64,000 nucleotides of DNA from Lachnospiraceae bacterium UBA7110 (lineage in GTDB: Bacteria; Bacillota; Clostridia; Lachnospirales; Lachnospiraceae), in contig DKYC01000132.1 in assembly GCA_002492295.1 (NCBI GenBank), positions 6,085 to 70,084 on the forward strand, in the 5' to 3' direction. Both the position numbers and the translations under genes were made by a program. Shown one piece after another: positions 9,301 through 17,992 of the stretch. The notes beneath the pieces were generated by a model. It was not told the DNA's origin, did not search any database, and saw only the letters and a program-made list of their open reading frames with translations. The stretch's first letter is position 1; every line of letters begins with the position of its first letter.

Positions 9301-10654
9301 GGTAAATATCACATTGCGCGCCCAAATTGATAATATTAGCGCGGAATGCGGCATTTTTGTATACAGTAATGATTTTTGGGTAAGCGGTGTAAAGAATCTC
9401 ACGTATACAGGTGCGCGGCTGACGCAGGATATCAGGGTCTATGACGGGAAAAAGCTTTTGACAGAGGGAATTGATTATACAGTCAGCTATCGAAATAATA
9501 TCAATGTCTCACAGAAAGAGACCTCTGATGCAAAAAAGCCCGCGGTTATAATCAGGGGAAAAGGCAGTTACTCAGGTACACAGACAATTTATTTTGAGAT
9601 ATTGCCGGAGCCTGTTTCCGATGCCGATAAGCGCTCAATCCTGAAAGCAAAAGTAAAAAGTATCAAAATTTTCGAATATGAAGGAACGGCAGTGACGCCG
9701 AAGCCTGTTGTCACTGACGGAAAGAAAACACTTGTGGAGGGCACGGATTACAGGCTTACTTATAAAAATAACAGAAGTGCCGGAAAGGCAGAAGTGATAA
9801 TAAGCGGAATCAATGCTTATAAGGGTACGCGGAGCGAAGCTTTTACGATTAACTGTAATCTTGCGAAGGAGGGAATGGTTCGCGTGGCGCTTGACACACG
9901 GGATGTTCCTTATGCGAAAGGCGGTGCAAAACCCACCCTGCGTGTATACTGCGGGAACAGGCTGCTTAGGGAAGGCACGGATTACAGGCTTACTTATAAA
10001 AATAACAAAGCGGTTGCAAGTGCGTCAGCATCAAAGGCACCCACGGCAGTTCTTTTGGGAAAAGGATTCTATAAAGGCAAAAAAGAGATTTCTTTCAACA
10101 TTGTACAACAGGACATCGGGGAACTGACGCTGACGGCAAAGGACAAAGTCTATACCGGAAAAGCCGGGAAAAATACGACAAGCTTTGTGATTACCGACAA
10201 GGACGGCAAAAATCTGTCGGCAGGCAGGGATTATGACAGGACATCCGTCGTATATACTTATGCGGAAACCGGAGAACCTGTTGGGGATGCGGATATTTTG
10301 GAACGCGGAACAAGGGTGCGCATAACCGTGAAGGCTGCACAAAAAGGATTTTACAGCGGGACGATAAGCGGCGAATACAGGGTTGCGTCATATGATATTG
10401 CGAAAGCAAGGGTAACGGTTGAGGCACAGACTTATACCGGCAGTGCGGTTGAGCCGGATTCCGGTACCGGGGTCAAGGTGACATACAGGGGACAAAGCGG
10501 TACGCTTACGGAAGGCGTGGATTATATTATCACGGGTTATGAGAATAATATCAATAAAGGTACGGCGAAACTGCGTATTGTGGGAATCGGTGATTATTGC
10601 GGCACGAAGACGGCGAGCTTTAAAATAAAGACAAAAATCTTTCGGTGGTGGTAG
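6308..10654 (+). CDS. Secreted papain-like (C1 family) cysteine protease with acidic linker, lectin-like domain, FN3 repeats and C-terminal beta-rich repeats
   Basis: Signal peptide. Catalytic motifs RNQGSWGACWSF (Cys), NHAIMAVGW (His), WIIRNSWG (Asn). FN3-like W/Y repeats; repeated GxDYxxxYxNN..G.A units. Confidence 0.9.
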   Translation: MTGKMKKCIAFMLALVLMVSPLSQTRVYAAEMQESPTADDTKESENPADEESERASETESGTKDAVTQEPETNTEPQSSAQDTAEEESPAEVVSEEESVTEAASEPETVSEAVPEEESASLTESESGSEMETESVLETESLEDNGAGEEIEYAHPEALEPENVPYDENQDAFTDKLVNSRKARSAIPAKYDAREEGYLPAIRNQGSWGACWSFSLLGAMEVAAVRDLGVSAGSIDLSERHLAYFGYHTGYDALDNANGDTMTSNPAEYYLKQGGNDIRGVVRLMNWNGGADEKEYPYSTSSLPGALDRTAAQDARLYLENAYRYDFKAEGNKSEAIKVVKKMIMDYGAVSWSYYNDSKYVNASNGAYYNNVGGSGKAVTNHAIMAVGWDDSYQKENFREDNQPENDGAWIIRNSWGESNGDDGYYYISYEDKSLGSGNPVYAFSVCDTEKYDNNYFYGNTAYSGSTIAARRAAQVYQIKSENASREKLTAVSFLSGTADVDYELQLYKNPDMENGVVTNPTSGTALLDTPQKGTTDYAGLYTIELASPVILDTEDYVSIVLTFPNTRPALYFDRSYTSDDGNCKGEHIVAKGQSFYGSSLTSWQDNYDNNRTFRINAFTLDCEDVPPEVVKIDRIEYDYANTAVITWSGGAGADKVAIYRSENPSDEGELIADVRVNSDEETFHYQDSVHKGKTYYYNLVPILINKKGTEVRGQTTKSDEILTFPEAVMLETAQYAEGTGVSLTWNLAKGAEGYRIERSDNGGDFAELTTVEDSAVVTYTDSSVQGGNRYGYRVLCYYTAEDQGRAVVSPLNERNVEILPEPVKISGITELKRENNTTRVSLSWNRVENAQSYAVYRSVAADGYVCIAENITDVQYVDDAVSPDTSYSYKVIVTVNGLSSESGKTQEAVILTKPVLTALKMPVSELELNKDNAQEFKITPVPENYPYEKELVWSAFDEDGNPLEVVQKNDTIVINGTDGREVLHLSGNKIYAARQSDTVNITLRAQIDNISAECGIFVYSNDFWVSGVKNLTYTGARLTQDIRVYDGKKLLTEGIDYTVSYRNNINVSQKETSDAKKPAVIIRGKGSYSGTQTIYFEILPEPVSDADKRSILKAKVKSIKIFEYEGTAVTPKPVVTDGKKTLVEGTDYRLTYKNNRSAGKAEVIISGINAYKGTRSEAFTINCNLAKEGMVRVALDTRDVPYAKGGAKPTLRVYCGNRLLREGTDYRLTYKNNKAVASASASKAPTAVLLGKGFYKGKKEISFNIVQQDIGELTLTAKDKVYTGKAGKNTTSFVITDKDGKNLSAGRDYDRTSVVYTYAETGEPVGDADILERGTRVRITVKAAQKGFYSGTISGEYRVASYDIAKARVTVEAQTYTGSAVEPDSGTGVKVTYRGQSGTLTEGVDYIITGYENNINKGTAKLRIVGIGDYCGTKTASFKIKTKIFRWW

Positions 10655-10659
10655 AAGTG

Positions 10660-11172
10660 ATGCCAAATAGGACGGACGAAGACGAAAAGTATATGAAAGA
10701 TGCCTACAGACAGGCAAAAAAGGCATATGCACTGGGGGAAGTCCCGATTGGCTGTGTGATTGTGCATAAGGGAACGGTCATTGGCAGAGGCTATAACCGC
10801 AGGAATACAGACAAAAATACGCTTGCCCATGCTGAAATTACGGCGATAAAGCGTGCGAGTAAAGTTATCGGCGACTGGCGGCTTGAGGAGTGCACCATGT
10901 ATGTCACCCTTGAGCCATGCCAGATGTGCGCCGGTGCGATTGTGCAGGCGCGTATACCGCGTGTGGTCATGGCATGCATGAACCCAAAAGCAGGGTGCGC
11001 CGGCAGCATTTTAAATATCCTTAATATGCCTGAGTTTAATCATCAGGTGGAGGCAGTGCGCGGCGTGATGGAGGAGGAGTGCGCTGCACTTCTCAAAACG
11101 TTTTTTAAGGAACTGCGCATCCGGAACAGGCTGGAAAAAGAAGAAGAAAAACAAAAAATGATATCAGAATAA
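10660..11172 (+). CDS. tadA: tRNA adenosine(34) deaminase
   Basis: GEVPIG, HAE, YVTLEPCQMCAGA. Confidence 0.95.
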   Translation: MPNRTDEDEKYMKDAYRQAKKAYALGEVPIGCVIVHKGTVIGRGYNRRNTDKNTLAHAEITAIKRASKVIGDWRLEECTMYVTLEPCQMCAGAIVQARIPRVVMACMNPKAGCAGSILNILNMPEFNHQVEAVRGVMEEECAALLKTFFKELRIRNRLEKEEEKQKMISE

Positions 11173-11185
11173 AGGAGACAAAAAT

Positions 11186-12121
11186 ATGGACGAAATTGCA
11201 GTGCTGATACCGTGCTACAACGAAAGCAGGACAATTGAAAAGGTAGTAACGGATTTTAAGGCTGCCCTGCCAAACGCGACAATATATGTTTATGACAACA
11301 ACTCCGAGGACGGTACGGATGAGATTGCCAAAAAAGCAGGCGCAATCGTGCGGTATGAGTATCGGCAGGGAAAGGGAAACGTCATAAGACGGATGTTCCG
11401 CGAGATTGACGCGAAGTGCTATATTATGACGGACGGTGACGACACGTATCCTGCCGAGGAGGCGCCGAAGCTGTGCGAGGCGGTTTTGGGGCGGAACGCG
11501 GATATGGTAGTGGGGGACAGGCTTTCCTCCTCTTATTTTGAGGAAAACAAACGTCCCTTCCATAATTTTGGAAATTCACTGGTGCGCGGTGCAATCAACA
11601 GCATGTTTAAAAGTGACATCCGCGACATTATGACAGGCTACCGCGCGTTCAGTTATCAGTTCGTGAAATCGTTTCCGGTGCTCTCCAAAGGGTTTGAAAT
11701 TGAAACAGAGATGAGCATTCACGCGATTGATAAAAACATGCAGGTGGAAAATGTCATTATCCAGTACCGTGACAGACCGGAGGGCAGCGTATCAAAGCTG
11801 AACACATATTCGGACGGAATCAAGGTGCTGATGACCATTGTGAAGCTTTACAAAAATTATAAGACGCTGAAATTCTTTACATGGATAGCAGTATTGCTTG
11901 CGGCGCTTTCAACGGCGTTCCTTGCACCTGTATTGGGGGAATATTTTTCGACGGGATTTGTGGACAGGTTCCCGACGCTGATTGTCTGCTGCTTTGTATA
12001 CCTTGCATCTATGCAGGCATTCTTTGCGGGACTGATTCTTTCCACCATAAACCAAAAAAACAAACAGGATTACGAGATGAACCTGATTTATCTTGATACG
12101 GAATATAAGAGTAAATTATAA
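11186..12121 (+). CDS. GT2 glycosyltransferase (polyprenol-phosphate glycosyltransferase-like) with two C-terminal TM helices
   Basis: VLIPCYNE, YDNNSEDGT, DGDDTY, DIMTGYRAF, GFEIETEM. Confidence 0.9.
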   Translation: MDEIAVLIPCYNESRTIEKVVTDFKAALPNATIYVYDNNSEDGTDEIAKKAGAIVRYEYRQGKGNVIRRMFREIDAKCYIMTDGDDTYPAEEAPKLCEAVLGRNADMVVGDRLSSSYFEENKRPFHNFGNSLVRGAINSMFKSDIRDIMTGYRAFSYQFVKSFPVLSKGFEIETEMSIHAIDKNMQVENVIIQYRDRPEGSVSKLNTYSDGIKVLMTIVKLYKNYKTLKFFTWIAVLLAALSTAFLAPVLGEYFSTGFVDRFPTLIVCCFVYLASMQAFFAGLILSTINQKNKQDYEMNLIYLDTEYKSKL

Positions 12122-12891
12122 TGATGACGCAGATACCAATGAACTATGTCGTTTTCGATGTGGAAACAACGGGATTAAATCCTAAATATGAAAAAATAAT
12201 TGAGATTGGCGCCGCGAGGGTGCGCGGCGGCGAGGTAAGTGATACTTTCTCGTCGTTTGTCAATCCGGGAAAAGGGCTTCCGGAGCGCATTACGGAGCTT
12301 ACGGGAATTTATGACACGGATGTCATAAATGCGCCGTATATTGAGGAAGTACTGAATTCGTTTATCGGCTTTTTGGGTGACGATATTCTGTTAGGGCACA
12401 ATCTGATTTTTGACTATTCCTTTGTGAAAAAAGCGGCGGTCAATCAGAAAAAGAGGTTTGAACGTAAGGGAATTGATACGCTTTGGATTGCAAGACGGTT
12501 TCTTCCGGATTTGGAGAGCAGGAATCTCGGTTTTTTGTGTGAACACTATCAGATTCATCTGCAGGCGCACAGGGCGCTGAACGATGCACTTGCCACACAT
12601 GAGCTGTATCAGAGGTTTGTGTGCGAGTTCGCCGACAAAGAGGCGGATGTGTTTTTGCCTAAAGAACTGGTATACCAGGCGAAAAAAGAAGGACCGATTA
12701 CGCCAAAACAGTATGAATTGCTGTTAAAGCTTGCAAAACAGTACCGTCTTGGAACGCGTGCGGGAGGGGATGACAGTGTAATATTATACCCGGTCAAGGA
12801 TGTGACAACCCAGGACACGGATTTAAAGCGGCTGACAAAAAACGAAGCGAGCCGCCTTATTGATAAACTTCTGTCAACCTTTGGACGATAG
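12121..12891 (+). CDS. DEDDh 3'-5' exonuclease (PolC/DnaQ-like)
   Basis: FDVETTG, GHNLIFD, HRALNDA. Confidence 0.9.
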   Translation: MMTQIPMNYVVFDVETTGLNPKYEKIIEIGAARVRGGEVSDTFSSFVNPGKGLPERITELTGIYDTDVINAPYIEEVLNSFIGFLGDDILLGHNLIFDYSFVKKAAVNQKKRFERKGIDTLWIARRFLPDLESRNLGFLCEHYQIHLQAHRALNDALATHELYQRFVCEFADKEADVFLPKELVYQAKKEGPITPKQYELLLKLAKQYRLGTRAGGDDSVILYPVKDVTTQDTDLKRLTKNEASRLIDKLLSTFGR

Positions 12892-13465
12892 TGTCTTTTA
12901 TCATGGAGTTGATGCCTTGGGCAGCGTCAATCAGGGCGCTGATTTTTTCCGGCGTGCCGTTTTTGGAATACAGGTCGGCAAGCAGATAATAGGACTTGCT
13001 TACGTCGGTTCCGGTTGATACCGCAAATTCAAGCGTGGCGGCAGCGAGGGCGTCTTCCCCGTTTTCATGAAGCAGCTCCGCAAGCTTTTGCAAAAGCGTT
13101 ACGAGATTTGTGTAATGTAAATCAAAGTCACTTAATATAGTAATATTAGCAGTACCATATTCGAGCTTTAAATCGGTGTTGGTATAGCCGGTAAGGTTCA
13201 CAATCTGGTATTTGGACAAGTCGTTCAATTCTTGGATGCAGGCAGACAGGGTCTCTGTTGGGGAGGCGGGCTTCATATTTAAAAGTTCCTCGGGAATTGT
13301 GATGTAATTTAAGCCGTCAAGGGGCTTGCGTCTTACGAAATTGGCGCGTTTTTCCCGTTCCCAAAATTCGCGGTCACGCGCTTCTTCAATCCGCGATGCA
13401 CGTTTACGTGCGAAAAAAAATACAATTGAGAATACTAAAAAGCTTGTAATGATTACAAAATTCAT
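12857..13465 (-). CDS. Hypothetical protein with N-terminal TM anchor and helical C-terminus
   Basis: Long ORF. AAAGGA RBS precedes MNFVIITSF at 13465; hydrophobic N-terminus. Confidence 0.7.
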   Translation of the reverse strand: MNFVIITSFLVFSIVFFFARKRASRIEEARDREFWEREKRANFVRRKPLDGLNYITIPEELLNMKPASPTETLSACIQELNDLSKYQIVNLTGYTNTDLKLEYGTANITILSDFDLHYTNLVTLLQKLAELLHENGEDALAAATLEFAVSTGTDVSKSYYLLADLYSKNGTPEKISALIDAAQGINSMIKDTIVQRLTEVYQ

Positions 13466-13500
13466 ATATAATATCCTTTCAGAAAAGGGGTGAACAGCAC

Positions 13501-13611
13501 ATGATGAACATGAATAATAAGAAAACCCAACGTACAATCGCGGCTGTCATTGCGGTTATTTTAGTGCTTTGTATGGTAATACCCTTGGTTGTAAGTGTTG
13601 TGGGATATTAG
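13501..13611 (+). CDS. Small single-TM protein (36 aa), absent from the ORF track
   Basis: MMNMNNKKTQRTIAAVIAVILVLCMVIPLVVSVVGY*, preceded by AAAAGGGGTG; basic N-terminus then a hydrophobic helix. Confidence 0.55.
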   Translation: MMNMNNKKTQRTIAAVIAVILVLCMVIPLVVSVVGY

Positions 13612-13689
13612 AATACCATTTGATATTATAATACATTCGTTATGTAAATTACAAGCCATTCGGATAATTAATTTGAACATGGGAAAGGC

Positions 13690-15255
13690 ATGGTTATTGT
13701 TATGAAAAAATATTTCAGGATTCTGTGGACGTTTGCACTGGTACTTGTGCTTGCAGGCACCTTTGGCGGTGTTGCGGTACAGGCGGGAGAGGGGAACGAT
13801 ACCATACTGAGCGGCGTTTATGTCGGCGATGTCGACCTTTCGGGGATGACGGTCGATGAGGCGGCGCAGGCGGTCAATCAGTTTGTGGAAGGCTTAAAAA
13901 GCAGGAATGTGACGTTTGGCGTGGCGGGAGACTGCTATGTGGCGGTAACGGTAGGTGATTTGGGACTGAAATGGGAGAATCCCGATGTGCTGACAGAAGC
14001 GGCGTCAGTTGGCAAAAAGGGGAATTTCATTAAGCGGTATATCGCGATACAGGATTTGAAAAAGGGCAATAAGGTATATGACCTTGAACTGTCGCTTGAC
14101 GAAAACGCTGTAAAAGCGGTGCTTGAGGAGCAGTGCACGGAATATAATATTCCGGCTAAAAACGCGACAATGACACGTGTTGACGGCTCTTTCCAGATTG
14201 AGGAGGGGCAGGCAGGCGAAGCGGTGAATGTCGAGGAATCGCTTTTGGAAATATCGGATTATTTTACGCAGAATACGTGGGATTATCAGGATGCAGCGAT
14301 TGATCTGGTGGTGGACGTGACAGAGCCAAGGGGAAGCGCGGAGGAGCTTTCCAGGCTTACCGACGTGCTGGGGACATTTACGACAAGCTACTCTACCAGC
14401 AGCGCGGCAAGATGCAAAAATGTAGAGAACGGATGCAGGCTGATTAATTCAACAATCCTGTATCCGGGCGACGAATTTTCAACATATGAGGCGATTAAGC
14501 CTTTTACCGAGGCAAACGGATATTTCCCGGCAGGCTCTTATCTGAACGGAAAGGTTGTGGAGAGTCTGGGCGGCGGAATCTGCCAGGTTTCGACAACACT
14601 TTATAATGCGGTACTCTTGTCAGAGCTTGAGGTGACGGAGCGCAACAACCATTCGATGATTGTGGCATATGTGGAGCCTTCCATGGATGCTGCAATTGCG
14701 GAGTCGTCCGGCAAGGATTTTAAGTTTGTCAATAATCTGAACAATCCGGTTTATATAGAAGGCCATACCGAGGGCAAGCAGATTACGTTTACGATATATG
14801 GCGTTGAGGAGAGAGCCCCCGGACACAAAGTACGCTATGAGAGTGAAACACTGTCAGTGACGCGTCCCGACCATGAGGTGATTACGGCAGCACCCGGCCA
14901 GGGAATCGGATATATCAGTGTGGAATCCGCACATATCGGATATACGGCGCAGTTGTGGAAGATTGTGGAAGAAAACGGCGTGGAGGTAAGCCGCGACGTG
15001 ATTAATAAAAGTACTTATAAGGTGTCGCCCAGAACGGCAACCGTGGGGGTGAACACGGACAATCCGGTACATGCGGCACGGATTCAGGCGGCAATTGCTT
15101 CAGGGAGCATTGATACATGCAAGGCAGAGGCGGCGGCTATTCAGGCGGAAATTGCGGCAGCTGCGCAGCAGCAGGCGGATTTGGAGGCTTATTATCAGGC
15201 ATTGCAGCAACAGCAGCAGGCACAGCTGGAAGCACAGCAGCAGGCAGAACCGTAA
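13690..15255 (+). CDS. VanW-family protein with putative peptidoglycan-binding domain
   Basis: GGGICQVSTTLYNAVL, ERNNHS, GKDFKFVN; N-terminal signal/TM; Q/A-rich tail. Alternative start at 13702. Confidence 0.88.
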   Translation: MVIVMKKYFRILWTFALVLVLAGTFGGVAVQAGEGNDTILSGVYVGDVDLSGMTVDEAAQAVNQFVEGLKSRNVTFGVAGDCYVAVTVGDLGLKWENPDVLTEAASVGKKGNFIKRYIAIQDLKKGNKVYDLELSLDENAVKAVLEEQCTEYNIPAKNATMTRVDGSFQIEEGQAGEAVNVEESLLEISDYFTQNTWDYQDAAIDLVVDVTEPRGSAEELSRLTDVLGTFTTSYSTSSAARCKNVENGCRLINSTILYPGDEFSTYEAIKPFTEANGYFPAGSYLNGKVVESLGGGICQVSTTLYNAVLLSELEVTERNNHSMIVAYVEPSMDAAIAESSGKDFKFVNNLNNPVYIEGHTEGKQITFTIYGVEERAPGHKVRYESETLSVTRPDHEVITAAPGQGIGYISVESAHIGYTAQLWKIVEENGVEVSRDVINKSTYKVSPRTATVGVNTDNPVHAARIQAAIASGSIDTCKAEAAAIQAEIAAAAQQQADLEAYYQALQQQQQAQLEAQQQAEP

Positions 15256-15288
15256 AAACGTACGTTTGACATTGAGGGGATTTTGGGT

Positions 15289-16377
15289 ATGAATTACGGA
15301 AAACTGAACGAGGATGTTTACGGGCGTTCGGTCGTTAAGGTGATGAAGGAAACACAGAATAAGAATTTTTACAATGGCGCAGAGATAGGGGATTTCTGCG
15401 CTGTTTTCCCGTGTGGGGGTCATGCGGGTGCGGATAGACCTGCAAAAGGCTTTATAAGTGCACAGGCATCGGCAGGTGGGAAAAATGCCGTTATCAGGTC
15501 ATACGAGGCGGCGCTGAACGGTATTGTGTCAAAGGGGGTAGTCCCCGGCAAAGATGATAATGCATATGCCAGCATCACCCTTTTTATTCCAAAGAAGCTC
15601 CGCGAGGCAAAGGTGCGCGCGATGCTTGCGGAGACGGCGAAGAGAGCCGGCGAGCTGCAGATTCCGGTTTTAGGCGTCGCGGTACAGGTTTTGCCGTGGG
15701 TGGACGTGGAAACTGCAAACTGCGTTGTACATATGGAGCTGGATGGGAAGGCAAAGGGGAAAGGGGCGTCGCCGGGTGACGATATCGTGATGACGAAATG
15801 GATAGGCCTGGAGGGAACTGCGCTGATTGCAAGAAGCAGTCGTGACAGGCTTAGGGAACGTTATCCGTCGGATATTGTGGAAACGGCGGCTGGTTTTTTG
15901 GATGATATTTCCGTTTTGCCGGAGGCCGCCACCGCCGTGGAGTCCGGCGCAAGTGATATGCAGGCAGTAAGGGAAGGCGGTCTTTTTGGCGGACTTTGGG
16001 AGCTGGCTGCAAAGAACAGTGTCGGACTGGTCGCAGACTTAAAACGCATACCTGTAAGGCAGGAAACCATTGAGGTATGTGAATATTTTGACTTGAACCC
16101 TTATGAGCTTATGGCGGCTGGAAGCCTGCTGATTACGTGTCCAAAGGGAAACGCTATGGTAAAAGCACTTGCGGACCGCGGGATTGCCTCGGCTGTTATC
16201 GGAACGGTTACACAGGGGAATGACAGGATTGTCCGCCATGCGGACGAAAGCAGATTTCTGGAGCCTGTGCGGGGGGATGAACTCTACAGGTATTATGAAA
16301 AGAAGGATGGAAAGGAGCACAGTTATGAAAATGAGGGAGCAGATTTTAGCGATTATAGAAAAGAACAGCAGAATTGA
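15289..16377 (+). CDS. AIR-synthase/HypE-like family protein
   Basis: PGDDIVMTKWIGLEGT, EGGLFGGLWELA, PYELMAAGSLLI, IGTVT. Confidence 0.8.
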   Translation: MNYGKLNEDVYGRSVVKVMKETQNKNFYNGAEIGDFCAVFPCGGHAGADRPAKGFISAQASAGGKNAVIRSYEAALNGIVSKGVVPGKDDNAYASITLFIPKKLREAKVRAMLAETAKRAGELQIPVLGVAVQVLPWVDVETANCVVHMELDGKAKGKGASPGDDIVMTKWIGLEGTALIARSSRDRLRERYPSDIVETAAGFLDDISVLPEAATAVESGASDMQAVREGGLFGGLWELAAKNSVGLVADLKRIPVRQETIEVCEYFDLNPYELMAAGSLLITCPKGNAMVKALADRGIASAVIGTVTQGNDRIVRHADESRFLEPVRGDELYRYYEKKDGKEHSYENEGADFSDYRKEQQN

Positions 16378-16813
16378 TTTGAAGGAACTTGCAATTATTC
16401 TCGGCGTTGACGAGGTGACAATCGTCAATGAAATGGCAAAAATGGAGCAGGAGGGCGTAATCTGCGGTTATCACACGCTGATTGACTGGGAAAAGACGGA
16501 TGTGGAGAAGGTGAATGCACTGATAGAGGTGCGCGTTACGCCGCAGCGCGGAAACGGATTTGACAGCGTGGCGGAGCGCATTTATAAATACCCGGAGGTT
16601 CATGCAGTATATCTGATTTCGGGCGGTTACGATCTCCTTGTAACACTGGAGGGAAAGTCGCTCAAGGAGGTATCGCGCTTTGTTTCGGAAAAGCTTTCGA
16701 CGCTGGAAGCCGTCATCAGCACGGCGACACACTTTATTTTAAAGAAATACAAGGATCACGGAACAATCCTTGGAAAGAAAGAAACGGATGAAAGGATGCA
16801 GATAACACCATGA
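16325..16813 (+). CDS. Lrp/AsnC-family transcriptional regulator
   Basis: ILAIIEKNSRIDLKELA HTH; GVICGYHTLIDW; LISGGYDL. Confidence 0.92.
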   Translation: MKMREQILAIIEKNSRIDLKELAIILGVDEVTIVNEMAKMEQEGVICGYHTLIDWEKTDVEKVNALIEVRVTPQRGNGFDSVAERIYKYPEVHAVYLISGGYDLLVTLEGKSLKEVSRFVSEKLSTLEAVISTATHFILKKYKDHGTILGKKETDERMQITP

Positions 16814-17982
16814 GAAACCCATTATCAAGTACGATTACACAGATAAAGCCTTCGGGCATCCGCAAGTTTTTTGATATTGTCAGTGAGATGAACGATCCTG
16901 ACGTAATTTCGCTTGGCGTCGGCGAGCCGGATTTTGAGACGCCGTGGCATATCCGGGATGAGGGCATTTACTCCCTTGAACGGGGACGCACGTTTTATAC
17001 CTCCAATGCGGGACTTGTGGAGCTTCGTGAAGAAATCAGCAAATATTTAAAAAGGAGATATAACTTAAGCTATGATGCCAATCATGAGATGCTGGTGACG
17101 GTCGGCGGATCGGAAGCAATTGATATCGCGCTGCGTGCGATGGTTGACCCCGGTGATGAGGTGCTGATTCCGCAGCCCAGCTATGTTTCCTATGAGCCGT
17201 GTGCTGTGCTTGCAGGCGCAAAACCCGTGATTATTGAGCTGAAGAACGCGAACCAGTTTCGGCTGACTGCGCAGGAGCTTGAGGATGCGATTACGGATAA
17301 GACGAAAATTTTGATTTTGCCGTTTCCGAACAATCCGACGGGCGCGATTATGGAGCGCAAGGATTTGGAAGCGATTGCCGAAGTAATTAAAAGGCATGAT
17401 TTGTTCGTGCTTTCCGATGAGATATATTCAGAGCTTTGCTATACAGAAAAGCATGTCTCAATTGCAAATATTGACGGTATGTGGGAGCGCACGGTTTTGA
17501 TTAACGGTTTTTCCAAATCGCACGCAATGACCGGATGGCGTCTGGGGTATGCATGTGCCCCGGCACATATTATCGAACAGATGTATAAAATACACCAGTT
17601 CTGCATTATGTGTGCGCCGACGACCTCGCAGTATGCGGCGATTGATGCGATGCGAAACGGCGATGCGGATGTGCAGATGATGCGGGAGTCTTATAACCAA
17701 AGGAGGCGTTTTTTGGTACATGCCTACCGTGAGATTGGGCTTGAGTGCTTTGAGCCGTTTGGTGCATTTTATACATTTCCGTGCATTAAGGAATTTGGCA
17801 TGACGAGTGATGAGTTTGCGATGAAATTTTTGGATGCGGAGAAAGTTGCGGTGGTGCCGGGTACGGCGTTTGGCGACTGCGGTGAGGGATTTCTGCGTAT
17901 TTCGTACGCATATTCCATCGAAAAACTGAAGGCTGCAATCGAGCGGCTGGAGCGCTTTATCACAAAGCTGCGAAACGCATAG
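16810..17982 (+). CDS. Class I/II PLP-dependent aminotransferase
   Basis: SLGVGEPDF, PNNPTG, SDEIY, NGFSKSHAMTGWRLGY. Confidence 0.95.
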   Translation: MRNPLSSTITQIKPSGIRKFFDIVSEMNDPDVISLGVGEPDFETPWHIRDEGIYSLERGRTFYTSNAGLVELREEISKYLKRRYNLSYDANHEMLVTVGGSEAIDIALRAMVDPGDEVLIPQPSYVSYEPCAVLAGAKPVIIELKNANQFRLTAQELEDAITDKTKILILPFPNNPTGAIMERKDLEAIAEVIKRHDLFVLSDEIYSELCYTEKHVSIANIDGMWERTVLINGFSKSHAMTGWRLGYACAPAHIIEQMYKIHQFCIMCAPTTSQYAAIDAMRNGDADVQMMRESYNQRRRFLVHAYREIGLECFEPFGAFYTFPCIKEFGMTSDEFAMKFLDAEKVAVVPGTAFGDCGEGFLRISYAYSIEKLKAAIERLERFITKLRNA

Positions 17983-17992
17983 GAGGCGTAAG

